In this document: positions 1 to 8,700 of the stretch, one piece after another
How the letters are laid out: the number at the start of each line of letters is the position of its first letter
How positions within the stretch are numbered: the first letter of the stretch is position 1
Origin: an uncultured archaeon
Lineage (GTDB): Archaea; Aenigmatarchaeota; Aenigmatarchaeia; CG10238-14; SCSR01
Assembly (NCBI GenBank): GCA_964366355.1
Contig: CAYITO010000003.1
Coordinates: 1-37,399 of the forward strand
Reading direction: 5' to 3'
Length of the DNA: 37,399 bases
Notes under the pieces: model-generated
Seen by the model: only the letters and a program-made list of their open reading frames with translations
Databases searched by the model: none
What the model was told of the DNA's origin: nothing
Program-made: the position numbers and the translations under genes

Positions 1-1130
1 ATTTCGTTTAATTTCAAAACTATCAAATTCTTCTTTTTCTTCAATAATTCCAAAGCCTTTTCATCATAATCTGGAGAAATAACTATATCGTAGAATTTCT
101 GTGAAATTTTTTGTGCGAGTTCCAAGTCAATCTTTTTGTTCGATCCCACAATGCCGCCGAATGCAGACTCGTTGTCCGAACCAAATGCCTTCTCATAGGC
201 CTGCAATAAAGTGTCTCCAGACGCTACACTGCAGGGATTGGTGTGTTTGATTATAGTCACAGTCGGCTTGTCAAATTCCCTAACTATCCTAAGTGCTGCA
301 TCGCTGTCCAAAACATTATTGTAAGAGAGCTCTTTGCCATTCAGCTTTTCGGCATTAACCAAGGACGATTGAGGCGAATGGAATTCTTTGTATAACGAAG
401 CCTTCTGATGGGGATTCTCACCGTATCTCAATTCCTGAACTTTCTTGAACTTCAAATTCAGTATATCTGGGAAATCGTGTTTAATTCTATTTTCCAAAAA
501 CTCGTGTATTATGCTGTCATATTCTGCCGTGTGTCTGAAGGCTTCCATGGCCAGTTCATGCCTTGTCTCATTGCCTACTTCACCCTTTATCTTCAATTCG
601 CCAATAATTTTAGGATATTGCAACGGATTGACAACAACTGTTACATATTCATAATTCTTGGCTGCAGACCTTATCAGCGCAGGGCCGCCTATGTCAATGT
701 TTTCTATGATTTCTTCCAGATTGTTCGGATCATTTCTGACAACATCCTCGAACGGGTAGAGATTTGAAACAACCATGTCTATTGGCATTATATCCATGTC
801 CTTCAGTTCTTTCATGTGCTGGTGGTCGGACCTTTCAGCCAGAATGCCGCTGTGAATGGCAGGATGAAGTGTCTTTACTCTCCCTCCAAGCATCTCAGGA
901 TATTTTGTTATGTCGCTTACAGCCTTTACCTTCAACCCAGCGTTAGACAGGACTTTGTATGTCCCACTGCTGGCAATTATATCAATACCGAATTTCTGCA
1001 GCTCGCGTGCAAAGTCTACTATGCCGTCTTTGTTAGAAACAGAAATCAAAGCACGCTTGATTGTTATCCCACAAATATGTTGTAATGATAGTATTTTAAA
1101 CTTTACTGCTCGACTATAATCTATATCCAT
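1..1130 (-). CDS. purH: Bifunctional AICAR transformylase / IMP cyclohydrolase PurH (N-terminal ~376 codons; 3' end lies beyond the window start)
   Basis: Own minus-strand translation; it is absent from the ORF track because there is no stop inside the window. Sequence: MDIDYSRAVKFKILSLQHICGITIKRALISVSNKDGIVDFARELQKFGIDIIASSGTYKVL..GGRVKTLHPAIHSGILA..VVSNLYPF..IDIGGPALIRSAAKNY..ELRYGENPHQKASLY..LSYNNVLDSDAA..IIKHTNPCSVA. These are the IMPCH (MGS-like) and AICARFT signature blocks. The in-frame ATG at 1130-1128 overlaps the upstream stop by 17 nt. The real start may be a non-ATG codon nearer 1076. Confidence 0.9.
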   Translation of the reverse strand, partial: MDIDYSRAVKFKILSLQHICGITIKRALISVSNKDGIVDFARELQKFGIDIIASSGTYKVLSNAGLKVKAVSDITKYPEMLGGRVKTLHPAIHSGILAERSDHQHMKELKDMDIMPIDMVVSNLYPFEDVVRNDPNNLEEIIENIDIGGPALIRSAAKNYEYVTVVVNPLQYPKIIGELKIKGEVGNETRHELAMEAFRHTAEYDSIIHEFLENRIKHDFPDILNLKFKKVQELRYGENPHQKASLYKEFHSPQSSLVNAEKLNGKELSYNNVLDSDAALRIVREFDKPTVTIIKHTNPCSVASGDTLLQAYEKAFGSDNESAFGGIVGSNKKIDLELAQKISQKFYDIVISPDYDEKALELLKKKKNLIVLKLNE

Positions 1131-1905
1131 CTCTTAGTCTATTCCTATCTAGATAAACATTACTACCATCTACGCCAAATCTTCCATCAGCAATCCAGTG
1201 TAATGTCAAGGGAAGTATCTGCCAATCGCCAATTTCCTTTAATTTATCTTGATGCTCTTTGGCGATGTGATCCAAAAGCCTTCCGTTAGTTCGTAACTCA
1301 TCCAAAAAAGTGCCGTTTGGCAATTCGACCTTCAATCCCTTTGAAATCATCAATACAGGCCCTGCATCCAAGTTCTCTGTTACAATGTGCGTGGACGAAT
1401 GCAGGACTTGCTCGCCTGCCAGTATAGCTTTCTTGGCTGGCACATGATGCAACCCAACATATTTCCTCTTCCCATCCTCAACAACAGACAAATCTCCAGG
1501 ATGCACATTAACAGCAAGGTAATTTTCAACAATTGGTTTGGTTATTATTCTCGCATATCCGCATAAGACGATTGTGTCAATATCGTAAGATTTTACCATC
1601 CAATAGGTCATCCTGTCGAACAATTTCCTTGATTCCCAGTCGCTTTTGGCTTTATCCTTAAAGAACTTTTCGAAATCACTTTCTAGATAAGGAATGTCAA
1701 ATTCCTCCGCTATTTTCTTGGCATTGCTTTGGGGATTGTCTGTAAAAATCAAAGCAACTTTAAACGGTGGGTGTTCATACAGTTGTTCAAGATTTTTCTG
1801 GTATTCTATCAGCTTTCTTGTATTGGTTCCAGTGCCGGACATGAAGCAGGCTACGCGCATTGGTTTATCATTCGGATTAAACAATGGTTTCATATTTTGA
1901 TGCAC
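1114..1905 (-). CDS. purN: Formyltransferase of the PurN (GAR transformylase) family with ~60-aa C-terminal extension
   Basis: MRVACFMSGTGTN N-terminus. Catalytic N-x-H in AVNVHPGDLS and Asp in VTENLDAGPVL. Lies between purD and purH on the same strand. The track start is GTG at 1905; the ATG at 1893 (MKPLFNPN) is equally possible. Confidence 0.65.
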   Translation of the reverse strand: MHQNMKPLFNPNDKPMRVACFMSGTGTNTRKLIEYQKNLEQLYEHPPFKVALIFTDNPQSNAKKIAEEFDIPYLESDFEKFFKDKAKSDWESRKLFDRMTYWMVKSYDIDTIVLCGYARIITKPIVENYLAVNVHPGDLSVVEDGKRKYVGLHHVPAKKAILAGEQVLHSSTHIVTENLDAGPVLMISKGLKVELPNGTFLDELRTNGRLLDHIAKEHQDKLKEIGDWQILPLTLHWIADGRFGVDGSNVYLDRNRLRDGYRL

Positions 1906-2012
1906 ATGATTTTAAGGATAAAAGCTTGATTTTTCTTAAGGTAGAAATGGTGCATTGCCTTAGGAACTTTGATGCACCTGTTTTAATAACTGGAAAATAA
2001 GTAATTATAAGC
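1906..2012 (-). promoter_or_regulatory. Putative promoter plus structured 5' leader of the purN-like/purH unit
   Basis: Read on the minus strand: TATA-like GCTTATAATTAC (2001-2012). Perfect 7-bp hairpin GGTGCAT/ATGCACC (1949-1978, 16-nt loop). Second stem TTAAG/CTTAA (1912-1916 with 1935-1939). The 10-mer GTGCATCAAA occurs both in the hairpin 5' arm (1968-1977) and across the GTG start (1896-1905), so the ATGCACC arm has two alternative partners. Confidence 0.3.
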
Positions 2013-2033
2013 TATAGTTCAGTTAAGATACGA

Positions 2034-2061
2034 TTTCGGCAGAGCATCTAAGGAGAAACCT
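2034..2061. repeat. 28-nt direct repeat, copy A (tttcggcagagcatctaaggAgaaacct)
   Basis: 27/28 identical to 3314-3341. The two copies bracket the 2113..3210 gene. Confidence 0.9.
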
Positions 2062-2112
2062 GATTACAAAAGTAAAGGAATCAAAAACAATAAATTAAAA
2101 GGGGAATAAACC

Positions 2113-3210
2113 ATGAATTCGTCTCTCGTGATATTAGTTTTAACAATTTGTTCTGTGGCTTTAGAGTTTATTTTGTGGCTTATCTCTACTAAATTAACTA
2201 CTCTACCAGTTCTGTTGGGCGTTTTAACTGGTTTAAGGTTTTTATTGGATATAGTATGGTTGGTAGGATCAATTTGGATTATCATAAAGATACGACAATA
2301 TAGAATACTGGGTATTATTTTACTGTTGCTTTTTGCAATCTGGTTCATTATAGGATTTGTTGCGGGTTTCCAATCCACATATCAGCCCCCTTCTTTCTAT
2401 GGGCAGTCGCCGACAAAGGAAACAGAGTTTGTTTCGGCTGACGCAATTTTACAATCTTTACAGGAAAACTTTGGGGATATATCGGCGTGCGAGGAAAGAG
2501 ACTACAAAGACTACGAATGTATTAAGAAGGTGGCAATCCTTACAGATAACTATGAGTTATGCGAAAAAATACCTGTTTCGGAAGTTTTTACGAAGATATT
2601 GAGAGAGAGGAATGATTGTTATCAAACGATCGCCATCCATACTAACAACATTGCATTGTGCGATAAAATAGAGGGGTCAGACCCAATATATTTTGATATA
2701 AATTATTGTAAGGCAATTGCCGCGAAAGATATTTCCTACTGTGAAAAGGTTTTAACCCCAGAAGACGCCTCGCTAAGAGGACTTAAGGTTCGATGCAAAG
2801 AGGATCTGCGAATGGATTTCGCTGCAAAAACAAATAATCCTCCTATTTGTAAAGAATTTGTTGAATTCATAGAGATCAAATTCGACTGTTATTCTAAAGT
2901 GGCGCTTTATTCTCAAGATACAGAAATATGCGATAGTATTCCTCGCTACGATACCAAAGAGATAAAATTTAGTTGGTATCATATTCCTTGTAAGGCAATG
3001 GCGAATAAAGATCCGTCAATCTGCGATACTCTTGAAGATGTGGTTCCAGTAGACAACTGCTATCATCAGGTTGCTGTTGTCAAGCAGGATGTTTCTATTT
3101 GTGATAAAATTGTAAGGAGTTGGATAAAACGAGACTGCGTAGAGGATATATTCTTTTCTAACCCATTCTATATTGGGGATTTTCGTATTGAAAACTACCG
3201 CCCTCAATAG
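2113..3210 (+). CDS. Membrane-anchored protein with at least 7 tandem Cys-pair repeats; function unknown
   Basis: 365-aa ORF. The N-terminus has 3-4 hydrophobic helices. It is followed by repeats of the form C-x2-[IV]A-x5-7-C-[DE]-[KS]-[IL]: CIKKVAILTDNYELCEKI, CYQTIAIHTNNIALCDKI, YCKAIAAKDISYCEKV, CYSKVALYSQDTEICDSI, PCKAMANKDPSICDTL, CYHQVAVVKQDVSICDKI. Confidence 0.75.
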   Translation: MNSSLVILVLTICSVALEFILWLISTKLTTLPVLLGVLTGLRFLLDIVWLVGSIWIIIKIRQYRILGIILLLLFAIWFIIGFVAGFQSTYQPPSFYGQSPTKETEFVSADAILQSLQENFGDISACEERDYKDYECIKKVAILTDNYELCEKIPVSEVFTKILRERNDCYQTIAIHTNNIALCDKIEGSDPIYFDINYCKAIAAKDISYCEKVLTPEDASLRGLKVRCKEDLRMDFAAKTNNPPICKEFVEFIEIKFDCYSKVALYSQDTEICDSIPRYDTKEIKFSWYHIPCKAMANKDPSICDTLEDVVPVDNCYHQVAVVKQDVSICDKIVRSWIKRDCVEDIFFSNPFYIGDFRIENYRPQ

Positions 3211-3313
3211 AAATCTATAATTAGCGGTCTTATTTATATCGGTTCGTATCTCCTGAAAACCGCCATACATGTCAGGTATTCCAAATTGATAAATTCACAG
3301 AGACTTTTCTAAG

Positions 3314-3341
3314 TTTCGGCAGAGCATCTAAGGGGAAACCT
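3314..3341. repeat. 28-nt direct repeat, copy B (tttcggcagagcatctaaggGgaaacct)
   Basis: Abuts the purD stop codon (3342-3344). 27/28 identical to 2034-2061. Confidence 0.9.
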
Positions 3342-4619
3342 TCAAATAAGTTTTAATGCTTTCTTACCTATATCTCTCCTATAATGCACTCCATTCCAAT
3401 TTACCTTAGAAACAGCACTGTAAGTATTATCAATAGCCTTCTTTATTGTATCTCCTAAAGCCGTTATTCCTAAAACTCTTCCGCCATTTGTAACGATACT
3501 ACCATTAACTCTTTTAGTCCCAGCATGAAAAACAAAAGCATCACCTAACTTAGAAATACTTTCTAGTCCGGTAATTATTTTACCTTTCTCATAATTTCCT
3601 GGATATCCCTTAGATACCATCACAACACAAACAGAAGCTCTATCATCCCACTCTGCATCAGGCATTTCTTCCAGGTTGCCGTTAACACATGTTTGTAAAT
3701 AAGGAAACAAATCAGATTTCATTCTAGTAACTATCGGTTGGCATTCTGGGTCACCCATTCTTACGTTGAATTCCAAAACATACGGTTTATTATCAACAAT
3801 CATCAACCCAGCATACAAAAATCCTTTGAAAACAATTCCTTCCCTTTTCATGCCAGCTATAGCTTTAGACATTATTTCTCGCATAATTTCATTGTGCAAT
3901 TCATCAGTTATCACTGGTGCTGGTGAATATGCACCCATCCCGCCCGTATTTGCGCCAATGTCATTATCAAAAACGCGCTTATGGTCTTGTGAACTAGCTA
4001 ACGGAATGATAGTTTTACCGTCTGTTATCGCAATAAACGATGCCTCCTCGCCAACCAAACAATCTTCAACCACAATTTTATTCCCAGCATCACCAAATTC
4101 TTTTTCAACCATTATACTATCTATGGCACCCAATGCTTCTTCCTGATTTTTGCAGACGATAACGCCTTTGCCTGCAGCCAAGCCATCCGCCTTGACAACT
4201 ACCGCAGATTTATTTTTCGCATATTCCTTTGCGTCTTCTGGGTTATCAAAAATTTGAAAATCTGCTGTTGGGATTTCATATTTCCTCATGAACTCCTTGG
4301 TCCAGCATTTGCTGTATTCTATTATCGCAGCCTCTTTAGAAGGTCCGAATACCTTCAGCCCGTTCTTTTCAAATTCATTCACAATGCCCTTTGATAGCGG
4401 ATCCTCCGGGCCTACGACAGTAAAGCAATTGTTGTCTTTTGCGAATTTTATCAGTTTACCAAACTCGTCAGCATTTACTGGAATGTTTTCAGACGTGCCG
4501 CCATTGCCAGGCGCATGAAAAATCTTTCCCACAAAAGGACTTTGCTTCAGCTTCCATCCCAGCGCATGCTCCCGTCCCCCAGAGCCAACAATCAAGACAG
4601 TTCGCTTCAATTCACCCAT
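3342..4619 (-). CDS. purD: Phosphoribosylamine-glycine ligase (GAR synthetase)
   Basis: 425 aa. VLIVGSGGREHALGWKL N-terminus, ATP-grasp core (VVVKADGLAAGKGV, EEASFIAITDG, HKRVFDNDIGANTGGMGAYSP, LEFNVRMGDPE). Confidence 0.95.
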   Translation of the reverse strand: MGELKRTVLIVGSGGREHALGWKLKQSPFVGKIFHAPGNGGTSENIPVNADEFGKLIKFAKDNNCFTVVGPEDPLSKGIVNEFEKNGLKVFGPSKEAAIIEYSKCWTKEFMRKYEIPTADFQIFDNPEDAKEYAKNKSAVVVKADGLAAGKGVIVCKNQEEALGAIDSIMVEKEFGDAGNKIVVEDCLVGEEASFIAITDGKTIIPLASSQDHKRVFDNDIGANTGGMGAYSPAPVITDELHNEIMREIMSKAIAGMKREGIVFKGFLYAGLMIVDNKPYVLEFNVRMGDPECQPIVTRMKSDLFPYLQTCVNGNLEEMPDAEWDDRASVCVVMVSKGYPGNYEKGKIITGLESISKLGDAFVFHAGTKRVNGSIVTNGGRVLGITALGDTIKKAIDNTYSAVSKVNWNGVHYRRDIGKKALKLI

Positions 4620-4680
4620 GATTATAATGAAAAATATACATTTTTAAACTACGAAAAGAAACTATACCTGAGGCTGACAA

Positions 4681-5334
4681 GTGTCGTTTTTTGAAATCCT
4701 CACTAAGATGGATGAAACAATATCCAAGAGAAAAAATGCTGAAACGCTGAGCAGCGGACTGAAGCGTCTAGGTAGTTTATTACTTGTTATTGGAATTGTG
4801 AGTGGTACAGTATTTCAACTTATTTTACCCTTAATTCCGCAATTCGGTCCATCGATTATAGGAGCTTCTCCAGCCCCACCGATTATTCTCATTCCTGTGA
4901 TTGTGGTAATTTTAGGGTTGATTTCGGGGTTATTTATGGCATTTTTAACCTGGATTGCTGCCAGAATTTTTGGCGGCAGGGGTAGCTTTGGTCAACAATT
5001 TGGAGTATCTACCTTAATTTTATGGCCCACTTTACTTTTTGTGCTCTTCATGTTTCTATTTTATTCGATGGCTTTCATCAGTCCGATTTTTGGGATAATT
5101 TTCCTAGTTCCACTTTACTTTTTGACTGGGGCTTTAGGTACACTATTTTCATATTTCAATGTGATATATCTGAAGCAAGTTCACAAACTTACGACTTTTA
5201 AAGCCGCAATGACAGTCGGATTGTCATTGGCATTTATGATTATTGTCATGCTCGTTCTAGCTGGAATATTTATATATCCACTCTATACCGTGTCCGGTAG
5301 AAGTGGTGTTGTATTACCATCCGTTACTGCTTAA
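4681..5334 (+). CDS. Multi-pass membrane protein, possibly Yip1-domain family; paralog of 29742..30758
   Basis: 217 aa with about 5 TM helices. The GTG start is supported because the similarity to the paralog extends to residue 2 (SFFEILTKMDETI vs GIFDIFTRMDQTI). Shared blocks: LKRLG, QFGP, IIGA, PPIILIPVIVVI, AxxFGGxGSFG. Confidence 0.75.
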   Translation: MSFFEILTKMDETISKRKNAETLSSGLKRLGSLLLVIGIVSGTVFQLILPLIPQFGPSIIGASPAPPIILIPVIVVILGLISGLFMAFLTWIAARIFGGRGSFGQQFGVSTLILWPTLLFVLFMFLFYSMAFISPIFGIIFLVPLYFLTGALGTLFSYFNVIYLKQVHKLTTFKAAMTVGLSLAFMIIVMLVLAGIFIYPLYTVSGRSGVVLPSVTA

Positions 5335-5352
5335 TAATTTAAATTACTTAGT

Positions 5353-6771
5353 TCATTTCCAGAATTTCTTCTTCATCAATCCGGTCTGTTCCCTCATTTT
5401 ATCCGCAAGCTTCTGCGCATCCTCTGTTGGATAAATCCCTGTCAAACAAGCCGTGCATAATCCATCTATATCTATCGCATCCTTCAATCCTTCAATCGTT
5501 TGGTAATTCAAGCTATCAGCCCCCATTAAATCCCTTATCTCTTCTACAGAATTGTTTGCCGCCACAAGCTCGCTATGGCTCTTCATATCTATGCCGTAAA
5601 AACACGGAGAAGTTATCGGCGGGCATGTTATCCAAACATCGACATTTCTGGCGCCGGCATTTTTCACAAGCTTCACAATCTTCTTTGTTGTAGTGCCTCT
5701 AACAACGCTGTCATCAACCAGAATTATGTTTTTATTGTTCAGCACTGTTTTTACAGGATTTAATTTCGTCTTGACAGCATCCTCCCTTGATTTTTGCTCG
5801 GGCATTATGAATGTTCTGCCTATATATCTATTTTTCATCAGCCCCTCTGCAACCGGTATGTCAGTTATCTCAGAAATGCCCTCGGCAGCAGGTCTTGAGG
5901 TGTCCGGAACAGGAACTATGACTTGAGCATTGGTATTGAATGCCTTGATCAAATTTTTGCCAAGTTTTATTCTGATATCATACACAGATTTGCCCTCTAA
6001 AATCGAATCAGGCCTGCTGAAGTAAACGAATTCGAACATGCAGTGAGCTCTTTTGCCGTCAACCAGTTTTTTGCTAATCCTTTCATTGCCTCTAATTATC
6101 TCGACGGATCCAGGCTCCACGTCTGAAATCAAATTCGCGCCAACAGCATCCAATGCAACACTTTCTGAAGCTACAACGTAATTTCCATCCTTCTCTCCTA
6201 TGCACAGAGGCCTCAGCCCAAACCTGTCCCTTATTGCCACAACATTACATTTTTCATTCAACTTGTCATGGACAATCATTACTATGCTATAAGCCGCAGG
6301 AACTGTTGTCAGCAAATGTCTGCTTGCTTCTATGAGATCATCTGTCTTATCCAATGTCTTCAGGAAAATTATTCCCAGGCCCTCTGCGTCGCAGGTTGTC
6401 TTCAACTGAGTGTCATTAGAAAGCATATCCATCAGCATTTGATAATTGGGAACATTGCCATTGAAGCCAAGCGCAATCTTGTATTTGTCAGATTCAAACT
6501 CCATGGGTTGGGCATTTTCTATTATGCTTGAGCCGGCTGTGGAATATCTGACATGGCCTACTCCCATGCTGCCTTTTAATTGCATCAATTTTCCCTCATT
6601 TAAAACTTCATTGAGCAATCCCATGCCTACATGCGTTTTTATGGAATCGCCCAATATCGATATGCCGCAGGATTCCTGCCCCCTGTGCTGCAAGGCTAGC
6701 AGCCCGTAGAATATGTCACGTGTAGCATCAGGAGACGCAGATATACCAAAGACACCGCAATACTCCCTCAT
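5353..6771 (-). CDS. purF: Amidophosphoribosyltransferase
   Basis: 472 aa. MREYCGVFGI (Ntn Cys after a short propeptide), LQHRGQESCGI, PRTase loop ILVDDSVVRGTT, C-terminal Cys residues. Confidence 0.95.
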   Translation of the reverse strand: MREYCGVFGISASPDATRDIFYGLLALQHRGQESCGISILGDSIKTHVGMGLLNEVLNEGKLMQLKGSMGVGHVRYSTAGSSIIENAQPMEFESDKYKIALGFNGNVPNYQMLMDMLSNDTQLKTTCDAEGLGIIFLKTLDKTDDLIEASRHLLTTVPAAYSIVMIVHDKLNEKCNVVAIRDRFGLRPLCIGEKDGNYVVASESVALDAVGANLISDVEPGSVEIIRGNERISKKLVDGKRAHCMFEFVYFSRPDSILEGKSVYDIRIKLGKNLIKAFNTNAQVIVPVPDTSRPAAEGISEITDIPVAEGLMKNRYIGRTFIMPEQKSREDAVKTKLNPVKTVLNNKNIILVDDSVVRGTTTKKIVKLVKNAGARNVDVWITCPPITSPCFYGIDMKSHSELVAANNSVEEIRDLMGADSLNYQTIEGLKDAIDIDGLCTACLTGIYPTEDAQKLADKMREQTGLMKKKFWK

Positions 6772-6885
6772 ACTGTTAACTAATAAATAAACTATTTATC
6801 TGTTTAATGGCTATCTAGGAAATAATTTGCCCTCTTGCGAATTTAATACAAAAATAATATTAGTAAGCAAATTAAAACCTATTAT

Positions 6886-8700
6886 ATGAATCAATGGCAT
6901 TTTCTGCCAATTTTTTTATTGGTTTTTATAACTGCATTAGCTCCATTTACCCTAGGAGCATCCGATCTTATAATTTCTGATATCACTGTAAACAATTCAA
7001 ATCCAATTGCAGGTGCCGCAATCAAAGTGACGACTACAATCAAAAACATCGGGGATGCCTCTCCAAACACAACTGTCTATCTTGACACTTATGCCAAAGA
7101 TTCTTCAGGAGCGCAAGTGTGGTCATCCGGTGGCGCTTCTATAAATAACATAGTGCTTGGACCCGGTCAATCTTATTCTGTCCCCCTTACCAATATTTTC
7201 ACACCGAATAAGGCCGATACTTTCACGTTGTACGGCGTTGCCGACTCCAATAGTTGGCATGCGGAAAGCGATGAAACTAATAACATTTTTACAAAGCAGC
7301 TAGTCGTTTCAGCACCTCCTCCAACAAGTACTGATTCCCCACCATCAATAACAGCTTCTGTTAAATCCGCATCAGAGCTTCATCCAACTTCCATATATGC
7401 CGGTCTTCGGGCATACATCTCGGTAACTATAACAGACGATAAAGGAATTAATTATGGAGGCTTTAATGCGCCGGGCATGAAGTATAGTTCGCCTGATGTG
7501 ACATTAAGCCAATGCGGCAATGGTGTAGTAAGTTGCTCTGAACCAGTCTATATAATCGTTCCAGATAAGCCTGGGGAGTATACAGTAACAGTTAAGGCAA
7601 CAGACACAGCTGGTCAGCAATCGACAAAACCCATTACATTTACTGCTTTAGGCTGCTCTTCTGATTCCGAATGCGGGGGGACATATTTCCCTTCCAGCGG
7701 AGCAACATTCTGCGGCCCTTCTGGAGCATCATTATACGATAAGAGGATGAAATACCAGGTAGTCTCAGTCTGTGTGTCAGGAAGCTGTAGCGAAAAAACA
7801 GAGCCTGGAGTATTGGAAGACTGCGCTGCCTCAGGAAAAATCTGTGGCTTCTCTCCGCTGCAGGGAGGGCAATTCCAATGCGTTGCTACTACTTCCAAAA
7901 CCTGTACAATTGGAGCAGCTATAACTTCCCAGTGCATTTGTGGCCCCTCAAGTTATGAAAGCTATGGATATTGTTGCCTGGATTCAAGTGGAAAGCCTTG
8001 GCACTCTACCTATGTATGTCCGCCTGTTCAAACTTGTCCAACATGCCCATCACCAACCGCATGGAGCACTTGTTCGACAAATAATACGCAATCAAGAACT
8101 ACCTACAAGTGCAATTCAACCACACTTTTTAACTGCGGGTCGTATATAGAAACGCAATCGTGCACACCGCCATCAAATCAAAGCCAAGCACCCCAATCAC
8201 CAGTAACACCATCCAATTTAACAACACCTGCCTCACCGATAACACCACCAAACATCACAGCACCGCCTACGGTAACTCCACCAACAAACGTGACTGCACC
8301 AATGTCAAATGTCACTCAAATAATTCCGGCTGAGAAAAAACCTGAAGTTAGACCATCTTCTGAAGAACCAACCAAATCTTTGCCTTCTATAGACAGATTA
8401 AGACTGGCTCAATCTATTCTTACAATAGAAAGCTTGAAAATTAAGTTTGAAAATTTCCAGTTAAAGTCACAGAGTGTGTTGAAGTACTATACGGTTAAAA
8501 ATGATATCGACAGCATTAACAAATGGGATAAAGTTGTTGGGTTGTTCAACGAAGCAATAGATGCATTGAACAATATAAAATTATTTATCAGCTCAGTAAG
8601 GGACACGGCAACAGAAGGAGATTTGGACGAGGTTGCCAACAGGATCGATAATGTTTTGCTTATTATAGACAAAATAATTGATGTGATGTTGAGTGGCTAG
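6886..8700 (+). CDS. Secreted surface protein: CARDB domain, Cys-rich region, Pro/Thr linker rich in N-x-S/T sequons, C-terminal helical tail
   Basis: 604 aa. Signal-like N-terminus. CARDB pattern DLIISDITVNNSNPIAGAAIKVTTTIKNIG...ESDETNN. More than 30 Cys between aa ~255 and 425. Linker with NQS, NLT, NIT, NVT, NVT sequons. No C-terminal TM helix. Confidence 0.8.
   Translation: MNQWHFLPIFLLVFITALAPFTLGASDLIISDITVNNSNPIAGAAIKVTTTIKNIGDASPNTTVYLDTYAKDSSGAQVWSSGGASINNIVLGPGQSYSVPLTNIFTPNKADTFTLYGVADSNSWHAESDETNNIFTKQLVVSAPPPTSTDSPPSITASVKSASELHPTSIYAGLRAYISVTITDDKGINYGGFNAPGMKYSSPDVTLSQCGNGVVSCSEPVYIIVPDKPGEYTVTVKATDTAGQQSTKPITFTALGCSSDSECGGTYFPSSGATFCGPSGASLYDKRMKYQVVSVCVSGSCSEKTEPGVLEDCAASGKICGFSPLQGGQFQCVATTSKTCTIGAAITSQCICGPSSYESYGYCCLDSSGKPWHSTYVCPPVQTCPTCPSPTAWSTCSTNNTQSRTTYKCNSTTLFNCGSYIETQSCTPPSNQSQAPQSPVTPSNLTTPASPITPPNITAPPTVTPPTNVTAPMSNVTQIIPAEKKPEVRPSSEEPTKSLPSIDRLRLAQSILTIESLKIKFENFQLKSQSVLKYYTVKNDIDSINKWDKVVGLFNEAIDALNNIKLFISSVRDTATEGDLDEVANRIDNVLLIIDKIIDVMLSG

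Noticed and set aside
408-1119. Five plus-strand ORFs of 60-119 aa in the ORF track (408..767, 445..654, 764..946, 816..1085, 910..1119)
   Set aside because: They lie antisense to a continuous, strongly PurH-like minus-strand reading frame. Their translations are low-complexity with no motifs, so they are shadow ORFs.
1906-2033. A canonical purine (or ZTP) riboswitch upstream of purN-like/purH
   Set aside because: Only the UAUAAU and AUUUCUACC strings resemble the purine aptamer. About 55 nt rather than ~21 nt separate them, the loop sequences needed for the L2-L3 kissing interaction are absent, and I could not draw a P1 helix. No ZTP motifs are present. It is kept only as an unclassified structured leader.
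2034-3341. The 28-nt repeat as a CRISPR array or miniature transposon ends
   Set aside because: There are only two copies, in direct orientation and 1.25 kb apart, with a protein gene between them. There is no repeat-spacer periodicity, no inverted termini and no transposase.
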